56,365 nucleotides of DNA, from positions 1-56,365 of the forward strand of contig JBBTRQ010000023.1 of the NCBI GenBank assembly GCA_038065075.1. The letters are read 5' to 3'. This document shows, piece by piece, positions 43,477 to 51,036 of this stretch (position 1 is the stretch's first letter; the number at the start of each line of letters is the position of its first letter). Position numbers and translations under genes: made by a program. This stretch comes from Patescibacteria group bacterium. GTDB lineage: Bacteria > Patescibacteriota > Patescibacteriia > UBA9934 > GWF2-40-263. The notes below the pieces were generated by a model. It saw only the letters and a program-made list of their open reading frames with translations. It was not told the origin of the DNA and did no database searches.

Positions 43477-45798
43477 ATGCACCTGATGAAATTGGAGCTC
43501 CAGGGTTTCAAGACGTTCGCCAAAAAAACCGCGCTTTCTTTTTTGCCCCCAACCGATGTGCGTTCCCCTATTACCGCCGTGGTGGGCCCAAATGGTTCTG
43601 GAAAATCCAACCTCGCCGACGCCATCCGCTGGGTCCTGGGCGAGCAGAGTTTGAAGCTCCTGCGTGGCAAGGAATCGCAGGATGTTATTTTTTCGGGCTC
43701 GCAAGGAAAGGGTCGTGCAGGGTTTGCCGAGGTGAGCTTGAGCCTTAATAATGAGGACGGCTCCATGCCCATTGACTATGGCCATGTGACCATCACGCGT
43801 CGCCTCTTCCGCGATGGCACCAGTGAATATCTCTTGAACGAATCTCACGTCCGACTCCAAGACATCCAACTTCTGCTCGCCCAGGCCAACGTCGGCCAGC
43901 GCTCGTACTCCGTGATCGGCCAGGGGATGATCGATCACATCTTGGTCTCGACACCCGAGGAGCGCAAAGCGTTCTTTGATGATGCGACAGGTGTGAAGCC
44001 GTTTCAGTTGAAGCGCCATGAGGCCGTACTCAAACTCAAACGCACGCACGAAAACTTAGCGGATGTCGAGATGCTCTTGCGCGAGATTGAACCGCGCCTG
44101 CGTTCCCTCAAGCGCCAGGCTCAACGGCTCGAGCAACGCGATGAGATCGAACAAAAACTTCACGCGCTGGAAGCCGACTACTACGGCGCGCAGTGGTGGA
44201 CGCTCATCGACCAACTCGACGCCGTGAAGCGACAGTTCGAGGAGGCCGATGATAAAATCAAACTCGAGCGCAAAGAGTTGACGGACTTGGAGCGCGCAGC
44301 AGAGAAACTTGAAAAGTCAGAGACCGGTGACGACGGCCTCGCGGCGCTCCAGACTTCGTATCGCGCGGTGCAAAAAAAACAACATGAGAACCGCCAAGCG
44401 CAATTTGAGACCGAGAAAGAAATCGAGCTCACCAAGGTGCGCGCGCAGAGTAACTGGGCGCCTCTGCCGCTGCTGAAGATCGTCGAGGAGGTGGGGGCGA
44501 TCACGGAGGGGATCAAGGGACTCAAAGGCTTCAAAGGCGTCGAGGAAATTCACAAGGCTGTCGACGAACTTCTTAAGAAATCCTCGAGCCTGCGCAAACA
44601 CCTCGAGCGGCCAAATCCCGAGGACATCAAGCCCGATCCCAAGCTCCTCGAGAAACTCAAAGACCTCAAAGCGCAAGAGAGCAAGATCCAAAAAGAGCTC
44701 ACGGGCCTGGAGGCGCAGATCGACGCGTACGCCACCCAGGAAAGATCGGAGCGAACCGAGCTCATCGAACAACAAAAGACTCTACGCGAGAAGCAACGAC
44801 AGATTCATCTCTTCGAAAACCGACGCAATGAATTACAAATCGACGTGGCACGCTATGAGGAGCGCCAACAGGCTCTCACTCGCGAGATGAACGAGTTCAT
44901 GAAAGACCGCGCGGTAGAGGTTCGGTCGCATCGTCTGGACACTTCACGCTCCACGACTCACGATTCAGACTCCTACGCCGAAATCCAGCGCCTGCGCTAC
45001 AAACTCGAGCTTATCGGCGGCATCGATCCGGAGATCATGAAAGAATACGAGGAGACGCGCACGCGCCACGCGTTCCTCGACGGCCAAGTGAGCGATCTCC
45101 ACAAGGCTCTGCGCGACACGGAAAAAGTCATTGTGGAACTGGACGAGCAGATCGAGAAACAGTCCAAGGCGGTGTTTGGGAAAATCGATCGTGAGTTTGA
45201 ACGGTATTTCAAATTGCTGTTTGGGGGAGGATCGTGTCGGTTGGTGAAGCTCACACGCGAGGATGCAGATGAGGTAGCCCCAGGCTTCCCTGCCCGCCAT
45301 AGCTTTAGCGACGGCGGGAGCCTGGGCGAAGCCGAAGGTGTGACACCGGATCGCGCCTTTGCCGATACGGGCGAAGGAGAGCGAGACCGGGAAGACATCA
45401 TCGCCAAGAAACTGCAGAAGCACCAAGACCCCGTGATCGGCATCGACATCCAAGCGACGCCACCGGGGAAAAAACTCAAGGCGCTCAATCTGCTCTCCGG
45501 CGGCGAGCGCGCGCTCACCTCAATCGCGCTCATCAGCGCCATCATGGCCGTGAACCCAAGCCCGTTCGTGTTGCTCGACGAGGTCGATGCGGCACTGGAT
45601 GAGTCCAACACCATCCGCTTTGCCTCCATCCTGCAAGAGCTCTCAGAAAAATCTCAGTTCATCATCATCACGCATAACCGCGCGACCATGGAACAGGCTG
45701 ACGTCCTCTACGGCGTCACGATGGGCGATGAGGGGATCTCCAATCTGCTGTCGATTCATCTGGAAGAAGTCTCAAACGGCGCAACGGCAAGACGATAA
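43477..45798 (+). CDS. smc: SMC chromosome-condensation ATPase, unusually short (773 aa), carrying an in-frame hairpin element
   Basis: N-head VVGPNGSGKSNLADAIRWVLGEQS..LRG..DVIFSGS; C-head PPGKKLKALNLLSGGERALTSIALI..VLLDEVDAALDESN. No hinge-type segment was recognised by eye. Confidence 0.85.
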   Translation: MHLMKLELQGFKTFAKKTALSFLPPTDVRSPITAVVGPNGSGKSNLADAIRWVLGEQSLKLLRGKESQDVIFSGSQGKGRAGFAEVSLSLNNEDGSMPIDYGHVTITRRLFRDGTSEYLLNESHVRLQDIQLLLAQANVGQRSYSVIGQGMIDHILVSTPEERKAFFDDATGVKPFQLKRHEAVLKLKRTHENLADVEMLLREIEPRLRSLKRQAQRLEQRDEIEQKLHALEADYYGAQWWTLIDQLDAVKRQFEEADDKIKLERKELTDLERAAEKLEKSETGDDGLAALQTSYRAVQKKQHENRQAQFETEKEIELTKVRAQSNWAPLPLLKIVEEVGAITEGIKGLKGFKGVEEIHKAVDELLKKSSSLRKHLERPNPEDIKPDPKLLEKLKDLKAQESKIQKELTGLEAQIDAYATQERSERTELIEQQKTLREKQRQIHLFENRRNELQIDVARYEERQQALTREMNEFMKDRAVEVRSHRLDTSRSTTHDSDSYAEIQRLRYKLELIGGIDPEIMKEYEETRTRHAFLDGQVSDLHKALRDTEKVIVELDEQIEKQSKAVFGKIDREFERYFKLLFGGGSCRLVKLTREDADEVAPGFPARHSFSDGGSLGEAEGVTPDRAFADTGEGERDREDIIAKKLQKHQDPVIGIDIQATPPGKKLKALNLLSGGERALTSIALISAIMAVNPSPFVLLDEVDAALDESNTIRFASILQELSEKSQFIIITHNRATMEQADVLYGVTMGDEGISNLLSIHLEEVSNGATARR
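45279..45326 (+). repeat. hairpin element copy inside smc
   Basis: CCCAGGCTTCCCTGCCCGCCATAGCTTTAGCGACGGCGGGAGCCTGGG is translated as APGFPARHSFSDGGSLG. Confidence 0.85.
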
Positions 45799-45821
45799 TA
45801 AAAAACGACCCGTGGTGGTCG

Positions 45822-46034
45822 TCATGAGGAGAGGAGGGCGATAGCAACGAGCATGAGGACGTCCAGAAAGATCGCCAGAGGAAGGAGGGCGAGAGCCTCC
45901 TTGACCTCCTTGCGCCACCACTGGGCGGCCATGCCCTCCCGCTCAATGGGGTCGTTGAAGCTCCGAAAGAGCGGGTGGCGTTCCTGGGAGAGGAGCGCCG
46001 CGAATAGCCCGAGAAGCGCGACAAAGGTCAACAT
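45822..46034 (-). CDS. small membrane protein (70 aa), GC-rich unit
   Basis: Two hydrophobic segments. A GGGGTGAG-type SD precedes the ATG. Confidence 0.4.
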   Translation of the reverse strand: MLTFVALLGLFAALLSQERHPLFRSFNDPIEREGMAAQWWRKEVKEALALLPLAIFLDVLMLVAIALLSS

Positions 46035-46139
46035 GACTCACCCCTTTCGCTTGGCCACTTGTCTATAATAGAGCTAACCACGACGCACAACTTTGTACAA
46101 CAAAACACACCCCAGAGATGGGATGTGTTTTGTTTATGT

Positions 46140-46197
46140 CCTCAACTGAGTCTTCGACCCTGAGTCTATAGAAGGGTCGACTTCTCGGTTGAAGAGG
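46140..46197. repeat. attC-like imperfect palindrome E1
   Basis: CCTCAACTGAGTCTTCGACCCTGAGTCTATAGAAGGGTCGACTTCTCGGTTGAAGAGG. Confidence 0.8.
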
Positions 46198-46198
46198 C

Positions 46199-46450
46199 AT
46201 GGGTGGCATGCTATTCTTTTCCTATATGAAGAAACACGTCGTGAATGATTATCCTGTCATTGTGCACACGGACGATTCTGTCGGCTACTGGGTTGAGTGT
46301 CCTGTCTTTGAAGGTTGTTACAGCCAGGGTAAGACGATCGATGAAGCGCTCAAGAACATCCAGGAAGCGATCGAACTCTGCGCAGAAGAGTTACCAAAAA
46401 AGGCGGTGAGACAACGACGCGAGATAGGCGTCCATTTTGTTCGCGTCTAA
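46199..46450 (+). CDS. hicB: HicB-family antitoxin
   Basis: GYWVECPVFEGCYSQGKTIDEALKNIQEAIELCAEEL. The start is possibly MKKH at 46226. Confidence 0.8.
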   Translation: MGGMLFFSYMKKHVVNDYPVIVHTDDSVGYWVECPVFEGCYSQGKTIDEALKNIQEAIELCAEELPKKAVRQRREIGVHFVRV

Positions 46451-46454
46451 GTCT

Positions 46455-46682
46455 ATGACAGAGCTTGCAGGAATCTCCGGAAAGCGGATGATCCGTGTCC
46501 TCGAGAAACTCGGCTATCAGATTTTACGTCAGAAAGGTAGTCACGTCCGTCTGAAGCACCATCGAGATCCGACCAGACGACCTGTCACCGTTCCCCTTCA
46601 CAAGGAGCTCGGCGTTGGACTCGTCCATAAAATGATCCGAGACGCCGGTATCAGCCTAGAAAGTTTCATCGAACTGCTCTGA
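46455..46682 (+). CDS. hicA: HicA-family toxin
   Basis: RMIRVLEKLGYQILRQKGSHVRLKH. Confidence 0.8.
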   Translation: MTELAGISGKRMIRVLEKLGYQILRQKGSHVRLKHHRDPTRRPVTVPLHKELGVGLVHKMIRDAGISLESFIELL

Positions 46683-46700
46683 GGAGCAGTTCTTTATTTT

Positions 46701-46742
46701 CCTCAACTGAGTCTTCGAGGTAACTCGATTCCTCGGTTGAGG
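46701..46742. repeat. attC-like imperfect palindrome E2
   Basis: CCTCAACTGAGTCTTCGAGGTAACTCGATTCCTCGGTTGAGG. Confidence 0.8.
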
Positions 46743-47469
46743 ACCCCGGCAGTCGACACGTGATTGGCGCTTTCGCACCACGTCGGCCGGGGCAGGTCGT
46801 CTAGAGGCCCCGGTCGACTTCACAAGTCGTGCCGGGATCCTCGTTCCCCTGACTTTTTGGCGCGCGCAGGGGGGGCGCAGATCAATGATCCCGCAGGAAG
46901 GACATCGTCCCTCCTTTCCTTGCTCAGTGCCCGGGTGATAACCTAGTGGGCAAAGGGATGAGGTCGCTCATCCTCCGAGTCGATGCGTCGACCAGCGTGT
47001 CGTTAACCTCCACGAGCCAGGAGTATTCAGATTAACCCGACTTCATCGGGAGGCCTAATACTGAAGGCCTGTTTTCCCATGCTTTGGCGCGACCCTTTAG
47101 GACGTTGCCGTCCACCGACGCCTCAAGGTTTCCCTCGAGCGGTTGCTCCAACAGGTTTGCTACGTACTCAGGTGCTGTCCCCTTTCCTCACGCTCTGTTG
47201 TGCAAACCGGCATAGTGCGCCGGGTTGTCTGTATTATCCGCGTCTGGGCGACAACTTGGTCTTACGACCCCCAGACGTTTCCTAGTGTTGCTCGGGCATG
47301 AACCCTCCTCCATACCTGGTGGTTCAGAACGTCACGACGACCAGGATTTCGTCGAGACACCAGACATCTCGCTCATGGTCGGCGAGCCACGTGTGGCCGC
47401 GGACCGAGAGGAGACGTCCGAAACGAATCACCCCGTTCGAGAAGACAACCATGCTCAGCATGATCTCCT

Positions 47470-47524
47470 CCTCAACTGAGTCTTCGACCCTGAGTCTATC
47501 GAAGGGTCGACTTCTCGGTTGAGG
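47470..47524. repeat. attC-like imperfect palindrome E3 (near-identical to E1)
   Basis: CCTCAACTGAGTCTTCGACCCTGAGTCTATCGAAGGGTCGACTTCTCGGTTGAGG. Confidence 0.8.
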
Positions 47525-47565
47525 AGCCCGGCGCGAGGACGGACTCCTCGGGTCGGGCGCGTGGG

Positions 47566-48207
47566 TCAGTTGGTGCCGGCGTCCCATGCGTCGGCGTCAA
47601 ACCCGTTGTTGGTGAGGTCGTCGAGGTAGTCCGCGTCGTCGGTGACATTCGGGGCGAGGACGACCGCGACGGCCGCCTCGATCTCCTCGCCATCGACCAT
47701 CGCGAGGAGTTCCTCGCGGAGGCGGGCTTCGACGATCGCGGGGTTGTCCTCCGGGTCGGGCTCCGGGTACGGCAGGTCGACCATGTCGCGGGAGTAGCGG
47801 GTGAAGGCGTGGCCGATGGCCGAGGGGTCGAGCCGCGGGACGGGGATCACGATGAAGGCTGTGCCCTCACCGTCCGAGACCCGGACGAGCTCGTAGTGCT
47901 CCCCACCGTCGTCGGTGAGGTAGGCAACGCTCACCGCCAGCCGGAGATCCTCGTTGAAGAGGAGGACGGCGACGATCTTGTCGACGATCTCGAGGCACCC
48001 GGCCAGGTGGGCACGGACGCCCAGACCGATCAAGGTGGCGGCGAGCTGGGCGGAGTTGGAACGGTTCACGATGATTTCTTTCTGCGACCTCTGGCCGCGT
48101 GGGGGGTGCGTGTCGGGAACTGTTTCATCCCAAGAGTCTTGAGGCAGAACCTCCAGACTTCTGAGATGAAAAAGCTGATTACCAGGTACCTCGTCGGAGA
48201 TACCCAA
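47566..48207 (-). CDS. hypothetical acidic protein (213 aa), GC-rich
   Basis: Longest ORF of the GC-rich block. The ORF appears to begin with TTG, so the start is uncertain. No family recognised. Confidence 0.5.
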   Translation of the reverse strand: MGISDEVPGNQLFHLRSLEVLPQDSWDETVPDTHPPRGQRSQKEIIVNRSNSAQLAATLIGLGVRAHLAGCLEIVDKIVAVLLFNEDLRLAVSVAYLTDDGGEHYELVRVSDGEGTAFIVIPVPRLDPSAIGHAFTRYSRDMVDLPYPEPDPEDNPAIVEARLREELLAMVDGEEIEAAVAVVLAPNVTDDADYLDDLTNNGFDADAWDAGTN

Positions 48208-48416
48208 TAATCAGCTAAGGAAGGCCTTGCGGCTTCCTCGGATGAACATCAGGTCTCTCTCCCCAATGAGTTCGATTGTAATGGTGCAATACTATCACTT
48301 TTTGACCGTTTTGTCAAGAGGAGTGTGTGCTTTTTGAGCTGAATTTAGTCAAAATTTGTGACCATAAGCAAAAGCCGGGTGGAGGCAGTTCTGTGTCTAT
48401 GTTATTCTTTGTTTGT

Positions 48417-48701
48417 ATGAAGTCTCAACAACTCTCTTATACGGCCGTGATCCAGCAAGATGAAGACGGAAACCACCTTGTTTCTTTTCCCTCTCTTCCC
48501 GGGTGCGTCACTTTTGGACGGACTTATGAGGAAGCTTTGAAAATGGGACAAGAGGTGCTCGAATTATGGATCGAAGAACTTGTTGAATCTGGGGAACCAC
48601 TCCCAGAAGAAGGTCGATCAAGTCTGACGATCCTGAACACACCGCGCCCGACTCACAAACGAACTCGTGCCTATGCATCCGCTCGCACCCAAAGAGCTTG
48701 A
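48417..48701 (+). CDS. hicB: HicB-family antitoxin
   Basis: YTAVIQQDEDGNHLVSFPSLPGCVTFGRTYEEALKMGQEVLELWIEEL. The start is set at MKSQQ. Confidence 0.75.
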   Translation: MKSQQLSYTAVIQQDEDGNHLVSFPSLPGCVTFGRTYEEALKMGQEVLELWIEELVESGEPLPEEGRSSLTILNTPRPTHKRTRAYASARTQRA

Positions 48702-48885
48702 ACGCATTCTCAAAGCTCATGGGTTTGTTCTCTCGAGGGAACGTGGTAGTCACCGAATCTATCGGCATCCAGAAACCGGCTCGATCGTGCCGATCCCCTT
48801 TCACGGAAAAAGCAAACCATTGCCAATCGGAACGTTCATGGCAATCGTCAAACAATCTAAGCTCCCGAAGGACGTCTTTAAATGA
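48667..48885 (+). CDS. hicA: HicA-family toxin
   Basis: LERILKAHGFVLSRERGSHRIYRHPE. Confidence 0.8.
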   Translation: MPMHPLAPKELERILKAHGFVLSRERGSHRIYRHPETGSIVPIPFHGKSKPLPIGTFMAIVKQSKLPKDVFK

Positions 48886-48910
48886 GACGTCCTTTGTTTT
48901 GGAACAAGAT

Positions 48911-48953
48911 AAAACCGCTCTGTGAGGAGCGGCTATGCGTGCGTCGATCGCCA
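48911..48953 (-). terminator. shared 3' module/terminator (copy 1)
   Basis: Minus-strand sense TGGCGATCGACGCACGCATAGCCGCTCCTCACAGAGCGGTTTT. It matches 50234-50275 apart from a 1-nt indel. Confidence 0.65.
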
Positions 48954-48978
48954 CACCCGGCGGGGCGTGTTGGGGGTG

Positions 48979-49446
48979 CTACTTGTCGTGCTCGCGATGG
49001 GTGAAGACGATCGTCTTCCCGGTGAGATCCCCGCAGATACGGGTGAACTCACCCACCCCAGGGAGCAACCCGTCGCCGTCAACGGCTCGGGACAGGACCT
49101 GATCCTTGTCCTGGCCGCGAACCCGCCCGCTCGCCAAGGCGACCAGGTTGTTGTTGGCGTCCACGAGCATGAAGCTCGTGTCCGCCCAGACGAACTGGAG
49201 CTCGGGAAGCGTGCTCCTCGTCGCTCCCTCGGAAGAGCGGTAGGCGAACCGGTACTCGATCCGGTACTTGCCCGAGAGGCCGCTCGCCCTCAACCCGGTC
49301 TGCACGCACACGGCGAGCGGCCGGCCTGGCATCCACACCGTGTCGCCGTGGTAGATCTCCACGGTAGCGGTGGCGGTGAGCTGCTGCGCGAGGGCGAAGG
49401 TGGGGGTGGAGAGGAGAAGGGCGAGGAGGACGGGGATGAGGCGCAT
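48979..49446 (-). CDS. secreted protein (155 aa), GC-rich
   Basis: Signal peptide MRLIPVLLALLLSTPTFALA. AGGAG lies 5 nt before the ATG. Confidence 0.6.
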   Translation of the reverse strand: MRLIPVLLALLLSTPTFALAQQLTATATVEIYHGDTVWMPGRPLAVCVQTGLRASGLSGKYRIEYRFAYRSSEGATRSTLPELQFVWADTSFMLVDANNNLVALASGRVRGQDKDQVLSRAVDGDGLLPGVGEFTRICGDLTGKTIVFTHREHDK

Positions 49447-49487
49447 GACGTCTCCTGGGGGTTGGGTACAACTTCACCGTGAAGTTT

Positions 49488-49535
49488 CCCTCAACTGACA
49501 CGTCGAGATTTCGCTCGACGGTTCGGTTGAAGGGG
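49488..49535. repeat. attC-like imperfect palindrome E4
   Basis: CCCTCAACTGACACGTCGAGATTTCGCTCGACGGTTCGGTTGAAGGGG. Confidence 0.75.
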
Positions 49536-49546
49536 CGCCACAGTCT

Positions 49547-49816
49547 GTGCTATGCTCAAATTGTATGGATCAGGAGCAAGCCATCAACGATATCCTCGAG
49601 ATCGTCTCGGCGATAAAAGACGAAATGGTTACGCATGATGAACTACATCAGGCATTGTTTGAGACGAGGTCAGAAATCATGAGCCATGTTGACAGCTTCA
49701 TCCATCTGCACAATAAGCTCGACACGGAGCTCACGGCTTTGCGGGGAAAGTACGACCGACTCGAGGGTTTCGTAAAACAGCTTGCCGCCCACGCCCATAT
49801 CACTCTGGAATATTAG
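49547..49816 (+). CDS. small coiled-coil protein (89 aa)
   Basis: Clean ORF with backbone-like composition between E4 and E5, followed by the terminator GCAACCTCGCAAGAGGTTGTTTTGTTT. Confidence 0.5.
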   Translation: MLCSNCMDQEQAINDILEIVSAIKDEMVTHDELHQALFETRSEIMSHVDSFIHLHNKLDTELTALRGKYDRLEGFVKQLAAHAHITLEY

Positions 49817-49848
49817 CAGTAGCAACCTCGCAAGAGGTTGTTTTGTTT

Positions 49849-49892
49849 CCCTCAACCGACGCGCCAAGCGACACTTAGCGAGTCAGTTGAGG
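49849..49892. repeat. attC-like imperfect palindrome E5
   Basis: CCCTCAACCGACGCGCCAAGCGACACTTAGCGAGTCAGTTGAGG. Confidence 0.75.
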
Positions 49893-50233
49893 ACCCCGGC
49901 CGACGTGGCGCTTGAGCGCCACGAGCGTCCCCGTGAGTACGAAATCCTCGAGGACGACCTGCACGACTTTGGCCGTGAGAGCCGCCTTGAGCGCTCTGTT
50001 TCCCGGCTTACTCTGGCAATGCATTGGGTCTCCTTCCCAACCAACGCTGGCTGAAAAAAAATTGGATGTCGTCAAACACCTGCTCGACGTACGTGGAGGG
50101 CAGATCGCAAATAACGATCTGCCCTATGCGCGCGTGGTCAAGCAAGAGACGACAAGCTACCATTTTTGCACGTTCTGTCAAGACGGGTGCTTGAAATATC
50201 CCATTATTTCAGCCGATTTTTTGGCCAATAGAA

Positions 50234-50275
50234 AAAACCGCTCGTGAGGAGCGGCTATGCGTGCGTCGATCGCCA
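50234..50275 (-). terminator. shared 3' module/terminator (copy 2)
   Basis: AAAACCGCTCGTGAGGAGCGGCTATGCGTGCGTCGATCGCCA on the plus strand; on the minus strand it reads as a hairpin plus T-run. Confidence 0.65.
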
Positions 50276-50295
50276 GACGCGGTAGGCGTCGGCGA

Positions 50296-50859
50296 TCACT
50301 CCTTGCTCATCACGAGCCGGTCGAGCGCGCGGTGGAACGTGAGCTTGTTGGGCTGGTTGTTGACGATGACGGGACCGTCGAGGGCCATGAGGTCGGGGAT
50401 GTTGGCGTTGCCGGCGAGCTGTTCGATCTCCCGGAAGCGCTGGCCCGTGAGCCCCTGCTCCCCCATCCGTTGCCGGCGGCGGGCGCGGGCGAGCCGGACG
50501 TTGAAGTCGGCTTCGAGCTTCACGAGCTGGAAACCGTGCAGGTCGTTGTAGACCTCGACCTCGGCGAGGTTGCGCACCCCGCTGACGACGACCAGTCGCC
50601 GGGGCTCGCGCGTCCAGAGCTCGACGACGGCCTCCTGTACCTGCCGCGCGATCCAGCCGTAGCCTTCGTTCGCGGCCCGCTCTTCGAAGAGCGCAGAGAG
50701 TTGGTCGGTCGTCGGACTCCAGTTGCCGCTCTGCGCGGCGAGCTTGCGGATGAAGTCCGAGTGACCGAAGCGCTGTGCCCCGTGAACCTTCTGCAGGTAC
50801 TCAGCCGCTTCGTCCTTGCCGGCACACGGCCAGCCCACGAACCCGATGACACGTCTCAT
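50296..50859 (-). CDS. P-loop kinase-like protein (dNMP/dephospho-CoA-kinase-like), GC-rich
   Basis: VIGFVGWPCAGKDEAAEYL Walker A. GGAGGTG lies 5 nt before the ATG. Confidence 0.55.
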   Translation of the reverse strand: MRRVIGFVGWPCAGKDEAAEYLQKVHGAQRFGHSDFIRKLAAQSGNWSPTTDQLSALFEERAANEGYGWIARQVQEAVVELWTREPRRLVVVSGVRNLAEVEVYNDLHGFQLVKLEADFNVRLARARRRQRMGEQGLTGQRFREIEQLAGNANIPDLMALDGPVIVNNQPNKLTFHRALDRLVMSKE

Positions 50860-50931
50860 GAATTCACCTCCTCTCCAGAATCTCTGGAGCCACCAACCTA
50901 GCAGGGAAAAGACCGCTCGTCAATCCATTTC

Positions 50932-50960
50932 TTGACGAAAGAAAGGAAATCTCGTATTCT
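50932..50960 (+). promoter_or_regulatory. candidate rpsP promoter
   Basis: TTGACG-17 nt-TATTCT, about 75 nt upstream of ATG 51037. Confidence 0.4.
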
Positions 50961-51036
50961 GCCGCCATCCCCCCTACGCCAAGGCTTCGGGGGGCAAGCC
51001 GTCAAACACGCTCATGTTTAGACGAACAATACCCTT

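Noticed and set aside
46743-47323. RNase P RNA, tmRNA, SRP RNA or group II intron domain V in the ORF-free structured region
   Set aside because: A GAGGAAAGGGGAC string on the minus strand loosely resembles the RNase P P4 strand. However, no matching 3' P4 strand (ACAGAAnCCGGCUUA), GGUAAG module, tmRNA ends or domain-V consensus could be found by eye. The region is kept only as an unknown structured region.
46140-49892. CCTCAAC..GTTGAGG repeats as a CRISPR array
   Set aside because: Each repeat is itself a palindrome with a variable centre. The spacing is irregular (0.3-2 kb) and the intervals contain whole genes. No cas genes are present.
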